Positions 9,777-19,484 of a stretch of DNA of 64,000 nucleotides are shown one piece after another. Source of the DNA: Bdellovibrionia bacterium (GTDB lineage: Bacteria; Bdellovibrionota; Bdellovibrionia; Bdellovibrionales; JAUICD01); the NCBI GenBank assembly GCA_030427965.1, contig JAUICD010000005.1:19389-83388 (forward strand), given 5' to 3'. A program made the position numbers and the translations under genes. How positions within the stretch are numbered: the first letter of the stretch is position 1; each line of letters opens with the position of its first letter. The notes below the pieces were generated by a model. It was not told the DNA's origin and did not search any database. It worked only from the letters and a program-made list of their open reading frames with translations.

Positions 9777-11261
9777 CTATGGTCGGATATAAAATTGCGC
9801 ATAAGATGAATACGTCGGCTGTATTTTTACTGGAATAAGACGCTCTGGATATCCCGGCGCTTTCACCCTCACAATCACAGAATGCCCTCTTTCTAAAATA
9901 GCTCCGTACAATGGATCGTTTATATCTTCATCATCAATCCGGATATGTCCCGTAAGATTGACATTCAACTCATTCAGTCGATCTTCATTTTTTTCATTTA
10001 CATAATCATAGCGACTCAATATTTCAAAAAATGGATTTAAAACGATTTCAAAGTTCTCATATTTGCTACGAGACGCTATCTCAATCTCAACTTCGTCTAC
10101 AAATCTGGCATCAACACCTTCTGGAAAAATAGCATGCATTTCCAATGTGAAACCCGAATAGGCCATTGGATGAGTGTCATCGGCAAACCGTGGAATAGGC
10201 TCCCCCGCAAAGTGTTTCACAATCCAAGGATATGTTGGGTGATCGCAAATGTTTAAATCTATACACTTTTCCGGAACTTCCGAAATATCATAATACGTAT
10301 CTGGAGTAGGACTGGCATGAACCCCCATAACCACCAAGTGATCACTAAATCCAGTTTTGTACTGCTGAAAGCCAAGAGCAGCGTGTTCATTGAGTGGCTC
10401 TTCAACAGTATAGTAACTATCAAAACGAGAGGCCGGAACTGAAACAACTCCATCGGATTCAAAAAACTTACGACCAAAAACGAAATTATCTAAATTTCGT
10501 ATTGGATTCTTGAGTTGTTTTCGACCAATTTTCGGAAGCTTTGTTCTTCGATATCCATCAAAAACAGCAGAAATGTTGAGAGGACGTATTCTAGCTCCCA
10601 ATTCATGCAAAACCAGATGTGGTGTATTTAGCACATTATTTCGAAAAGAAGAGATCATTTGACTTCCAAAGGACATACTTCGCAGTTGCTTCTCACCTAA
10701 CTCACCACTCATTCTTTGAGCCAGTAATTGCGTAACTCTGCCTGTTGATTCATGTTGAGTCAAAATTGTCGCAACCTTACTTCCCCAAAAAGGAGTTCCT
10801 AAAGTCACAATGACATCAACATTGTCAGAATACTCTGGATACATTTCTTTTCTTCCGAGTGAGGAAAAAAAGTACCAAATTGTTGAAACCAACCCACCTT
10901 GAGAGTGAGACACAATTGAAATTTTATCCTCTGAACTCAACTCACCAGCAGCTTCTTTGATAAACTCTGCTAACATTTGTGCAAAATTATCAGCAAACAT
11001 ATTGTCATCATCTGTCGGATACTCAAATTTATGCGAAACAAAGGTGACATCAGGAAAAGAGCTTCCTAGGTGTTGAGGTAGAATTTCAGGCATAGCCCCA
11101 AAAGAATCTATTGTTCCCCCAAGCCCATGCACAAAAAATATATGATGAGTATGTGGCTCTGAAGACGATTCAACTTCTAATCCGAAAAGATTGGGGGACA
11201 AGAAAAGCAGGCCAACAAGTAAAAGCAGAATACCTGTTTGTTTAACCAACATTCTTAGCAC
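9777..11261 (-). CDS. Secreted alpha/beta-hydrolase (lipase/esterase-like) with an uncharacterised C-terminal domain
   Basis: 494-aa ORF with a signal peptide. 'FFVHGLGG' oxyanion-type motif and nucleophile elbow 'SHSQGG'. Confidence 0.7.
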   Translation of the reverse strand: MLRMLVKQTGILLLLVGLLFLSPNLFGLEVESSSEPHTHHIFFVHGLGGTIDSFGAMPEILPQHLGSSFPDVTFVSHKFEYPTDDDNMFADNFAQMLAEFIKEAAGELSSEDKISIVSHSQGGLVSTIWYFFSSLGRKEMYPEYSDNVDVIVTLGTPFWGSKVATILTQHESTGRVTQLLAQRMSGELGEKQLRSMSFGSQMISSFRNNVLNTPHLVLHELGARIRPLNISAVFDGYRRTKLPKIGRKQLKNPIRNLDNFVFGRKFFESDGVVSVPASRFDSYYTVEEPLNEHAALGFQQYKTGFSDHLVVMGVHASPTPDTYYDISEVPEKCIDLNICDHPTYPWIVKHFAGEPIPRFADDTHPMAYSGFTLEMHAIFPEGVDARFVDEVEIEIASRSKYENFEIVLNPFFEILSRYDYVNEKNEDRLNELNVNLTGHIRIDDEDINDPLYGAILERGHSVIVRVKAPGYPERLIPVKIQPTYSSYAQFYIRP

Positions 11262-11562
11262 TCCATGTAGGTTGAAAAATTTAAGGTGATTTAAGAAATT
11301 TCATGAATAATTTTCCTTAGAAACCACCGATTTCCCGAGTTCTAGCAAGGATTTGCAAATGACATGCCGCAAAGCGATGTGGTTCTTTTTGCTCCTAGAC
11401 CTTTTTGATCAATGATCTACTCGAAATTAGAGCCTTCTAGCATAAATTAAAAAGCAAACTGTCACTGCTTTAAACGGCCCCTCAGTTGCAATATAGTGAT
11501 CAGGGAATTTTTTTGTGGTCAGTCTTACACCACATATTGTGAAAACTTTTGGGGGGCCAAAA

Positions 11563-14500
11563 ATGTCAAACTTCACTCACTACATTATTTCAGGATTACT
11601 TCTCATTACATCTTCCGTCCTTGCCGATGATGTGCCTGGCACTTATCGCGACTATGATGAAGATGGGGCAAGACAGGAGGCGCGCCAAGTCGCTCAAGTT
11701 GTAGAAAGAGAGCGCAGCATTGTACTAGATATTGAGCGTGATACAAACACCTCACGCGAACGTCTACGCAGATTAAATCTTGAATTGACCCGTCTTCAGG
11801 AAGAATTCAATTCCATTGATCAACGAGCGCAAGAGAAGCGTCAAGAAATCCAACAAAAACAAAGACAAATTTCCACTCTCGAATCTGAGATCCAAACTCT
11901 TCGCAATCAAATACCTCAGTTACAGCGACAACAAAATCAAGCCCAACAAAATTTAAATTCAACAAGAAATCAGCTTTCAAATTCTCAAAACCAACTTAGA
12001 AATGAAAAACAAAAACTCACACAACTTGAACAAGAGGTTGTTTCACGCCGAAATGCAATGGCTGGAGCACAAGAAAGAGTTCGCGTCTTGCAAGGTGAGG
12101 TTTCACAACTTCAGCAAAGAGTGAACAGCCTCAATACTCAAAATAGCACTCTGGTTAATGAAATAAGTCGTTTGACCGTTGAAATCCAACGCACTCAAGC
12201 TTCAATCTCAACACTAGAAACAGAAATACCACGATTAAAAGGACAACTTGCACAATCTGAAAAAGAGCTTCAAAACCTCAACAACCAAATTCATCGATTG
12301 AACATTCAAATCAAGAAAGCAGAAGAGGCTGGCGATAAAGAACTTGTTAAAAAACTAATGGCAAAAAGAAGGCCTCTTCTTGAAAAACGCGAAAAATTAA
12401 AATCACACATTGCAAATCTAAATACTCAAATTTCAAACAAGACAAGACAACTTGCGCAACTTCAACGAAAATTACCTCAGCTTCAAAGTCAACTGAATCA
12501 AAAGAAATCCGAACAAAGGCAAGTTCAGACCCAACTCGCTCAAGCCAATCGAAATCTCAATCAAAAAAAGACCGAACTTGCTCAAGCTCAAAACCAACTT
12601 CAACCACTTCAACAAGCATTTCAAAGAGCAAAACAAGCACGCGACACCCAAGCACAAGTCGTAAGCTCAGTTGAATCTGAAATTTCAAGTCTCCAAAGAC
12701 AAATTGTTCAACTTGAAAGAAAAATTCAAAGCTTAATCAGTCAAATTTCCGAAGCACAGAATCAAATAAATTTAAAAACTACGCGTATTCAAACAATTCA
12801 ACAAAAAATTGCAAAACTAGAACGTGAAATACAAACAATATTGGCTAGCAAGCCTCGGGTTCAGAGAGAAATAAATCAAACTCAACAAAGCATTCAAACC
12901 ACCCAAAGAGAACTCGATGTTCTTGTGGATCGCCTGAGACAGGCAAGAACTCGCCTAGCGGGCTCAGAAGCTCGATTGCGTGACGCTCAAAATTGGATAC
13001 AGCAAGTTCGTAGAAATATTGAAAACGCACAATCCATTGCAAACCGAACTGGTGAACGACACGGAGAATACGATGGCACTCGCGAAGGCCAAGAGGTCGG
13101 CGAAGAACGAGGAACAGCAGAGGGCATTGAGTTAGGTGAAAGAGAAGGTCGAAGCGCTGGAACCCAAGCGGGACGACAACGTTCGTATGAACGGGGACAA
13201 AGTGAAGGAAACGAAAAAGGACACGACGATGGTTTTAAGAAAGCAGGAGAGGATGCTCAAATAAATGGCGAAAGGGAAGGAAGCTCTGAAGGTCAACAAG
13301 CTGGGCTAAGAGTTGCTTATCAAAACGGATATCAAAGAGGACAAGAGACCGCAAACGACAGTGCGGCCTATGCACAAGGAAAAAAAGAGGGACTTGTTGC
13401 AGGACTTGAAAAAGCAAGAGCCGAAGCAAAACCACTAGAAGCCAGCGCCTACAACAAGAAAGAAACCGAATATCGCTCAGCTCCACTTAAGGAAGTCACG
13501 ACGAAAAACCTTGCACACAACTTCCAAGGTTTACAGTCGACTTCAGATCTCAATGATGATGGGCGATACTACAATCCAAGACCCCCACGTTATCCTCATC
13601 CAATGATTCGAGATTTCTATATGGAATCATATGATTATAGCTACCGAGAGCATTTACGTTATGAATATAACCGAGCTTTTGAACGTGCGTATAACTTAGC
13701 CTACGAAAGAGTGTATAGTGAGACATATCAACGCTACGCCAACCAAGACTACCCTCAAGAAAGAGAGCGCGGATACAACGAGGCTTATAGAGAAAGCTAC
13801 CAAAGGGCTTATGATCAAACTTATCCGAGTGAATTTCAAAGAATCAAAAAATACTATTATGATTATGCCTTTGAACAATACAAAGAAAATCAAGATGAAA
13901 TGGATCGTGGATATAGAGAAGGAAATCAATTTGCCAGCCATGCAAAAGGTTTCAATGAGGGAATCGATGAAGGGTACAGGTCCAACATTGAACGTGAGAA
14001 AAACTTAGCAGTTGAACGAGGAATCAAACGCGCAACAGAAAAATATACTCAAAATGCTGTATTAGAATTTGTTGCATCAAGCATTTCAGATGAAAATAAA
14101 GATGGACTCTTTGTTCCAGGAGAGAAAGTTTTAATCTCACTGACAGTGAAGAACTTTGGATGGATTGCAAAATCTGGATTGAAATCAAATAGTGGTATTC
14201 AAGCTTCCCAGTCAACAAATGGAGAAACATCTCTTCCAGTTATTGGTGGACAGACCAAAACAAATGTCACTGTTGCTGGCCAAGTCACTCTTTCACCAAA
14301 TTTAAAAATTGGTGAAACAGCTCAACTCAAGTTTTCTGTAAAAGATCTTAATAGAGAAATTTATCAAAATAGGCAGTCACTTGTCATCAAGTACCCTGTT
14401 GAAATTTCTCTAAAGAATGCACTCTCTGTCATTGAGCCCGGAAAAAGCTCTATGATAGAACTGTCTCTATCCAATGTGAGTAAAACTCAAAAGAGTGTCG

Positions 14501-15663
14501 TAGTTGAGTTTTCAACACACTCCAATTTATTGGAAATTGACTCTCCAACACAAAGTATTGAGCTTCGCGTCGGTAGATCCGAGAGTGTTGTCACAAAAGT
14601 CATCGCAAGCGACCAAGCATTTTTTGATCCCGCAGATCTCTTAATCTCAGTTTCAGATAACAAACTCGTTGCAGCCAAAAAACTCGAGCGTGACTTTACA
14701 ATTGGATACCGCCATGAGGTAAATAGAAATTCCCAAGGCCTTCTGCTCGGTTCAAATCTTTCAGTTATAGCAAGTCGAGATCTGTATCAAAAATCCAAAC
14801 TCGACACCTATGATATACGGGTTGATGGTGGGGAAATTGGAAACAATCTACTCAATGAATATAAAGGCAAAGTGATTCACATCATTTCAAGCCGTGAGCT
14901 TTCAAAGTTGTCACAAGCAAGTGTTCTGAGTTTGATTGATTTTGCAAAATCTGGAGGAAATCTCGTTTTTTGGAATGCATCTGATGAATTGCCTCAAAAT
15001 CTAAAACACCTCTTGGGATTGGATCAAACTCAAAGAACACAAGTTCTTTCTCTTAAAGGGTTGGATATTCTTACAGGCTTTGAAATGAGCGGTTTAAATA
15101 CAACCGGAATGGGTTTGACCCTAGATTCTATGGCACGCCCTATCCTTGTAGATGGTGATTCTATTCTAGGCTCACAAGTTGTTTTTAGTCCGCTTACAGA
15201 TCAGCCAGGAAGAGCACTCGCTCTCGGATTTACATCTGAAGTAGTTGATACTGAAAAAATTCAGCTTCTCCTAACTAAGCTCCTTGAAGCGGCCACTTCT
15301 TTTGAAAAGAAAATAAATGACTCCAAATCCAATCCAGCAATCATAGCGAGCATAATCTTTGATATTCAAGCTGAAATCAAAGGAGATGACCTTGATACAT
15401 CTGTAAGATGGTACAAGGACAAAAAGAAAGAAACCAAAATGTTTCGAGCGATTAAGAAAGTTTTAAAAAATAAAAACACCAGGCCTGTCATTGCTAAGTT
15501 TTATCCACAGGTGCTTTCTGAAATCCATCAAATGCAGGATAAAAACGATCAACAATCTGCACTGAATGTTCTCAAAACTGGGGCTGGTGGATTCTCGCAA
15601 GACTGGAAAAGCTACTATTGCAAGTTTTATGAAGACAATGATACTCATGGAATATGTCGTTAA
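11563..15663 (+). CDS. Large secreted coiled-coil / repeat protein (1366 aa)
   Basis: The ORF opens at GTG 11515, but ATG 11563 begins a typical signal peptide ('MSNFTHYIISGLLLITSSVLA'). It has about 450 aa of Gln/Leu/Arg heptad-like sequence. Next come a Gly/Glu-rich repeat region ('GEREGRSAGTQAG...') and a Tyr/Arg/Glu-rich 'Y-x-x-A-Y' repeat region. These are followed by beta-rich Ig/CARDB-like segments ('VLISLTVKNFG', 'MIELSLSNVS') and a C-terminal alpha/beta-like domain. Confidence 0.8.
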   Translation: MSNFTHYIISGLLLITSSVLADDVPGTYRDYDEDGARQEARQVAQVVERERSIVLDIERDTNTSRERLRRLNLELTRLQEEFNSIDQRAQEKRQEIQQKQRQISTLESEIQTLRNQIPQLQRQQNQAQQNLNSTRNQLSNSQNQLRNEKQKLTQLEQEVVSRRNAMAGAQERVRVLQGEVSQLQQRVNSLNTQNSTLVNEISRLTVEIQRTQASISTLETEIPRLKGQLAQSEKELQNLNNQIHRLNIQIKKAEEAGDKELVKKLMAKRRPLLEKREKLKSHIANLNTQISNKTRQLAQLQRKLPQLQSQLNQKKSEQRQVQTQLAQANRNLNQKKTELAQAQNQLQPLQQAFQRAKQARDTQAQVVSSVESEISSLQRQIVQLERKIQSLISQISEAQNQINLKTTRIQTIQQKIAKLEREIQTILASKPRVQREINQTQQSIQTTQRELDVLVDRLRQARTRLAGSEARLRDAQNWIQQVRRNIENAQSIANRTGERHGEYDGTREGQEVGEERGTAEGIELGEREGRSAGTQAGRQRSYERGQSEGNEKGHDDGFKKAGEDAQINGEREGSSEGQQAGLRVAYQNGYQRGQETANDSAAYAQGKKEGLVAGLEKARAEAKPLEASAYNKKETEYRSAPLKEVTTKNLAHNFQGLQSTSDLNDDGRYYNPRPPRYPHPMIRDFYMESYDYSYREHLRYEYNRAFERAYNLAYERVYSETYQRYANQDYPQERERGYNEAYRESYQRAYDQTYPSEFQRIKKYYYDYAFEQYKENQDEMDRGYREGNQFASHAKGFNEGIDEGYRSNIEREKNLAVERGIKRATEKYTQNAVLEFVASSISDENKDGLFVPGEKVLISLTVKNFGWIAKSGLKSNSGIQASQSTNGETSLPVIGGQTKTNVTVAGQVTLSPNLKIGETAQLKFSVKDLNREIYQNRQSLVIKYPVEISLKNALSVIEPGKSSMIELSLSNVSKTQKSVVVEFSTHSNLLEIDSPTQSIELRVGRSESVVTKVIASDQAFFDPADLLISVSDNKLVAAKKLERDFTIGYRHEVNRNSQGLLLGSNLSVIASRDLYQKSKLDTYDIRVDGGEIGNNLLNEYKGKVIHIISSRELSKLSQASVLSLIDFAKSGGNLVFWNASDELPQNLKHLLGLDQTQRTQVLSLKGLDILTGFEMSGLNTTGMGLTLDSMARPILVDGDSILGSQVVFSPLTDQPGRALALGFTSEVVDTEKIQLLLTKLLEAATSFEKKINDSKSNPAIIASIIFDIQAEIKGDDLDTSVRWYKDKKKETKMFRAIKKVLKNKNTRPVIAKFYPQVLSEIHQMQDKNDQQSALNVLKTGAGGFSQDWKSYYCKFYEDNDTHGICR

Positions 15664-16322
15664 TTCTAAAACTTTCTTTTATTATCACTCTCGCTTGGCC
15701 GCAGCCCTATGCTGCGGCCAAGTCTTTACAGCCAAAATTAAAAATTGCCCTTCTTGACTCAGGCGCCAATTCTGATCACGAAACCCAGGTTCAAAATATC
15801 ATTCTTCAAAATGTGGACAAATCAGTTCAAATTGTGAGTTTTCCCATATATTCAAAAAGCGGAAATTTAACGCCAGACCAATTTCTCAAATCCATAAAAC
15901 TTGCAGTTCAAGAAAATGCCAAAATTCTCCACCTCAGCTGGAATATGAAATACAAAGCCGGATTTCAACCCATTGTAGAGCTATTAAATACACTTTCTGA
16001 TAAAAACATGCTTGTTGTAGCAGCCTCTGGAAGTCATTACCCTCCGTTACGCCTTCAAGATACCGTCATGGGGCAGGTCAAAGACGCTCTTATTATAGGA
16101 GAGCTTGATAAAAATGGTAATCTAGTCCCACGCAACAACTATGGTGACGAATTGTTGACGGCTATAAAACCGCCAAAGTCTTTAAAAGGGAGCAGTTTCT
16201 CAGCAGCTCTTTTCACAGCACAACTTGCAAACAAATCACTCACCCAACCCTTAAATGCAATGCATTTAAAAAGAGACATTAAAATCCCAAGATTCCCCTC
16301 TCTCAAAGAGCTCATCAAGTAA
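15654..16322 (+). CDS. Compact secreted subtilase-like (S8) serine peptidase
   Basis: 222-aa ORF whose ATG overlaps the upstream gene's stop by 10 nt. Signal peptide present. The Asp motif 'ALLDSGAN', His motif 'DHETQV' (compare HGTHV) and Ser motif 'GSSFSAA' (compare GTSMA) are in S8 order. 'VVAASGS' replaces the 'AAGN' oxyanion Asn. Confidence 0.6.
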   Translation: MSLILKLSFIITLAWPQPYAAAKSLQPKLKIALLDSGANSDHETQVQNIILQNVDKSVQIVSFPIYSKSGNLTPDQFLKSIKLAVQENAKILHLSWNMKYKAGFQPIVELLNTLSDKNMLVVAASGSHYPPLRLQDTVMGQVKDALIIGELDKNGNLVPRNNYGDELLTAIKPPKSLKGSSFSAALFTAQLANKSLTQPLNAMHLKRDIKIPRFPSLKELIK

Positions 16323-16415
16323 TTCCGATCAAACAAAAATAGAAAGTGCCAAATATTCCTCCCTATACTAGGGTGTGTATTCATTTAAATAGATTTTGCG
16401 AGGAGACCCTTCTGT

Positions 16416-19400
16416 TTGGGCTTTTTTGAAGCACTTCAAAAACATCGACTCTTTGTCCACTACTTGACTGTAGTGATTCTTATTGTAGGCATTCTTTCTT
16501 TTACAGGCCTACGTAGGGAAGCCCGGCCCAATGTCAATTTTAACAGAGTGGCTGTTGGAATCTCCTACCCCGGAGCATCCCCATCAGATGTCGAAGAACT
16601 TCTTATTGATCCTATTGAAGAAAAAATTGGTGAAGTCGATGGAGTTGAAGAATACAGGTCTGTTTCTTATTCAGGAGCAGGGGCAATTTCAATTCAAATT
16701 GATGATGAGTATCCCAATCCAGGTGAAATCGTAGATGAACTTCGTAGAAAAATTGGAGAAACCAAAGGACTTCCTTCTGAAGCTACAGAGCCATTTATTA
16801 TGGAAATCAAAGCTTCCACGATTCCAATCATAAGCCTTGCGATCTTTGGGAATCTGGAACCATTTCAACTGAAACTCGAAGTGGAAAAACTCAAAGACTA
16901 CCTTACACAGTTTGAAGGCGTACAGAGTGTAAGCTACAGTGGCCTTGAGGACTTACAACTTAAAATTTTAACAGACCCAAAGTCTCTTGAAGTCAATGAC
17001 CTCACTTTATTAGAACTTATCTCAGGACTTTCCAAGTGGTCTAAAAAACGTCCAGGTGGGTTGCTTGAGAATAACGAGTTTTCTGCAAACTTAACCGTTG
17101 GGAAAGAATATAACACCAAAGAGTTGCTTAAAAACTTTGTCATTCGAAGCAATGATGCCTTTAAATCTATTGAGCTTTCAAAGGTTGCCCGCATTGAATA
17201 TGACTTAAAGAATCTTCAAAAAATAAATCTCTATGGGGGAGAAAATGCAGTCCTAGTAACTGTCACCAAAAAACCCAATGCCGATATTATTCAAACAGTG
17301 GATCGAATTAAATCTGGGCTCGATACATATGTCAAAGGCTTCCCCTCAAATTTAAAATACACAGTATATAATGATCAATCCACACGAGTGCGTGATCGAC
17401 TGTCAACAGTTTCAAAAAATGCCCTTTTTGGACTTTTACTTGTTATAGTTCTTTTAATTCTTTTTTTGGATTGGCGCTCAGCCATTGTCACATCTGTTGG
17501 AATTCCAGTCGCCCTTTTAGGTGGTATTGTCATTATTTTCTTACTTGGAAACACATTAAATACTCTTGTCTTAATTGGAATGATTATAGTTTTGGGAATG
17601 CTCGTGGATGATGCCATTGTTGTTTGCGAAAATATCTACTCTCACATTGAAAATGGTCTCTCTTCAAGAGAAGCAGCTCTTAGAGGAGTAAAACAAATTG
17701 CTATTCCAGTAACAGCAACTGTTCTAACCACTGTTTTTGCATTTTTTCCCATACTTTTTATGAAAGAAATCATTGGACAATTCTTAAGAATCATACCCCT
17801 AACAGTAATTGCTATGCTTTTGGTTTCTCTCTTTGAGGCCCTTGTCATTTTACCCGTTCACTCAAGCGAGCTTATGAAACCTCGAGCAAAAAGGCAGAAT
17901 ATTTTTTCAAGCCTTGAAAGCCGATACTCCAAATACGTAGAATGGAGCATTCAGCATAGAAAAATTATCGTATTTATTTTGGTAACAATTTTTGTGGCCT
18001 CTGCCCTTCTGGGACAAAAACAGTTTTCTAAATTCACTTTATTTCCTGCACGCGGGTTACAAGGCTTTAGCATGAGAGTCGAACTTCCCAAAAACTCACC
18101 ACTTGAGAAAACTTCCAACGCCGTCAAAGAACTCTCAAATGAATTAGAACAAGTCAGTCGCAATTCATTTGAAGGAATGTTTGCAGCTATAGGTGAGGTA
18201 CGAACTGGTGGACGTAGCGGAAGTCGCCAGAACGCATCACATCTCGGAATGATTGAAATTGAATTCATCTCTGATGACGACTTTATTAAAATCGAAGATG
18301 AAGTTATGAGAGACATAAGACGAGTTGGACAAGAATGGAGCAAAAAAACAGGTTATAAAACCTCTATCACGATAGATCGACCCGGCCCACCTGTTGGAAA
18401 GCCAATTCAAATTCAAATCGCATCCCGAGATTTTCAAAAGGGCGGGATATTGGCAGACGAGTTTAAATCTAAGCTCAACCAAATCGATGGGGTTCATAGT
18501 GTTGAAACAGATTTAGATGGAGATACAAAAACATATACCTACCAAATCAACGATTTGTTCGCAGTTTCAAGTGGAGTAAACCCTGAGGATATCGCAAAAA
18601 CTATTTTCTCAGCAACTTCCGGAGTTGTTGCCAACGAAGTGCTCATTAACAATGAGAAAGTGGATCTTCTTGTGGGGGTCGATCATCAAGGAATGTGGAA
18701 ATCCGAAGATATTCTTGGGCTTCGTGTTCAAGGAGCTGGAGGAGTTCCAATACCAATACGTGCCTTTACAAAGGTGCAAGAGGATTTTGGCCCCTCTTCT
18801 ATTCAAAGACTCAACGGGTTGAGAACTATTTCTATTTTTGGGGAAGTTGACGAAAACATCATAACTGGAAAGGAAGCCAATCAGCTTATCCAACCGTTGA
18901 TCGAGAAGTTGCAAAGTGAAAACCCAACTATTCGAATAGAAAAAGGCGGTGGTGAAAGAGATCGAGTTCGTGCATTAAGCGATACAGCTAAACTTTATTT
19001 ACTCGCAGTTATAATGATTTTTATGACAATCAGTCTTGCATTTCAATCCATTCTCTATCCTTTTCTTGTACTGCTCTCTATTCCAATGGGACTTGTTGGA
19101 GTTGTTTGGGCACTTGCTGCTCACGGCATGGAACTTTCTCTTATGAGCCTCATTGGTATTGTTGGACTCTCCGGTGTTGTTGTGAATGTCTCTATTATTT
19201 TGATGAGCTATCTGAAAGAAAGACTTCAAGATGGTGAAACTCTTCATGATGCCATTGTTCAGGCAGCTGTTCGAAGACTTAGACCCATTATAATTACGAC
19301 AATCACCACCCTTGTTGGATTAATACCACTTATGTATGGCTTTGGTGGAACAGATACATTTGTGCAACCCCTTGCGCTTTCTCTTGGATGGGGCTTAGCA

Positions 19401-19484
19401 GGAGCAACAACACTCACGCTCTTTGCATTTCCTGCCCTACTTTCACTTGCATCGCGCTTAAAACCTTCTAATAACCATAAATAG
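16416..19484 (+). CDS. RND-family efflux permease (AcrB/HAE-type)
   Basis: 1022-aa ORF with a TTG start downstream of a GAGGAG sequence. It shows the typical 12-TM, two-large-loop RND layout, with 'VLGMLVDDAIVVCENI' in TM4. Confidence 0.9.
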   Translation: MGFFEALQKHRLFVHYLTVVILIVGILSFTGLRREARPNVNFNRVAVGISYPGASPSDVEELLIDPIEEKIGEVDGVEEYRSVSYSGAGAISIQIDDEYPNPGEIVDELRRKIGETKGLPSEATEPFIMEIKASTIPIISLAIFGNLEPFQLKLEVEKLKDYLTQFEGVQSVSYSGLEDLQLKILTDPKSLEVNDLTLLELISGLSKWSKKRPGGLLENNEFSANLTVGKEYNTKELLKNFVIRSNDAFKSIELSKVARIEYDLKNLQKINLYGGENAVLVTVTKKPNADIIQTVDRIKSGLDTYVKGFPSNLKYTVYNDQSTRVRDRLSTVSKNALFGLLLVIVLLILFLDWRSAIVTSVGIPVALLGGIVIIFLLGNTLNTLVLIGMIIVLGMLVDDAIVVCENIYSHIENGLSSREAALRGVKQIAIPVTATVLTTVFAFFPILFMKEIIGQFLRIIPLTVIAMLLVSLFEALVILPVHSSELMKPRAKRQNIFSSLESRYSKYVEWSIQHRKIIVFILVTIFVASALLGQKQFSKFTLFPARGLQGFSMRVELPKNSPLEKTSNAVKELSNELEQVSRNSFEGMFAAIGEVRTGGRSGSRQNASHLGMIEIEFISDDDFIKIEDEVMRDIRRVGQEWSKKTGYKTSITIDRPGPPVGKPIQIQIASRDFQKGGILADEFKSKLNQIDGVHSVETDLDGDTKTYTYQINDLFAVSSGVNPEDIAKTIFSATSGVVANEVLINNEKVDLLVGVDHQGMWKSEDILGLRVQGAGGVPIPIRAFTKVQEDFGPSSIQRLNGLRTISIFGEVDENIITGKEANQLIQPLIEKLQSENPTIRIEKGGGERDRVRALSDTAKLYLLAVIMIFMTISLAFQSILYPFLVLLSIPMGLVGVVWALAAHGMELSLMSLIGIVGLSGVVVNVSIILMSYLKERLQDGETLHDAIVQAAVRRLRPIIITTITTLVGLIPLMYGFGGTDTFVQPLALSLGWGLAGATTLTLFAFPALLSLASRLKPSNNHK

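Noticed and set aside
11515-11562. GTG 11515 as the start of the giant protein
   Set aside because: ATG 11563 starts a canonical signal peptide. The 16 extra residues would bury it.
11800-13000. Repetitive Gln-codon-rich DNA as a possible tandem repeat or CRISPR-like array
   Set aside because: There are no exact direct repeats with regular spacing. The periodicity is at the protein (heptad) level inside a continuous ORF.
17951-18343. 130-aa antisense ORF, and several other 60-100-aa ORFs, inside the RND gene
   Set aside because: All are internal to a 1022-aa gene with unmistakable AcrB-like sequence.
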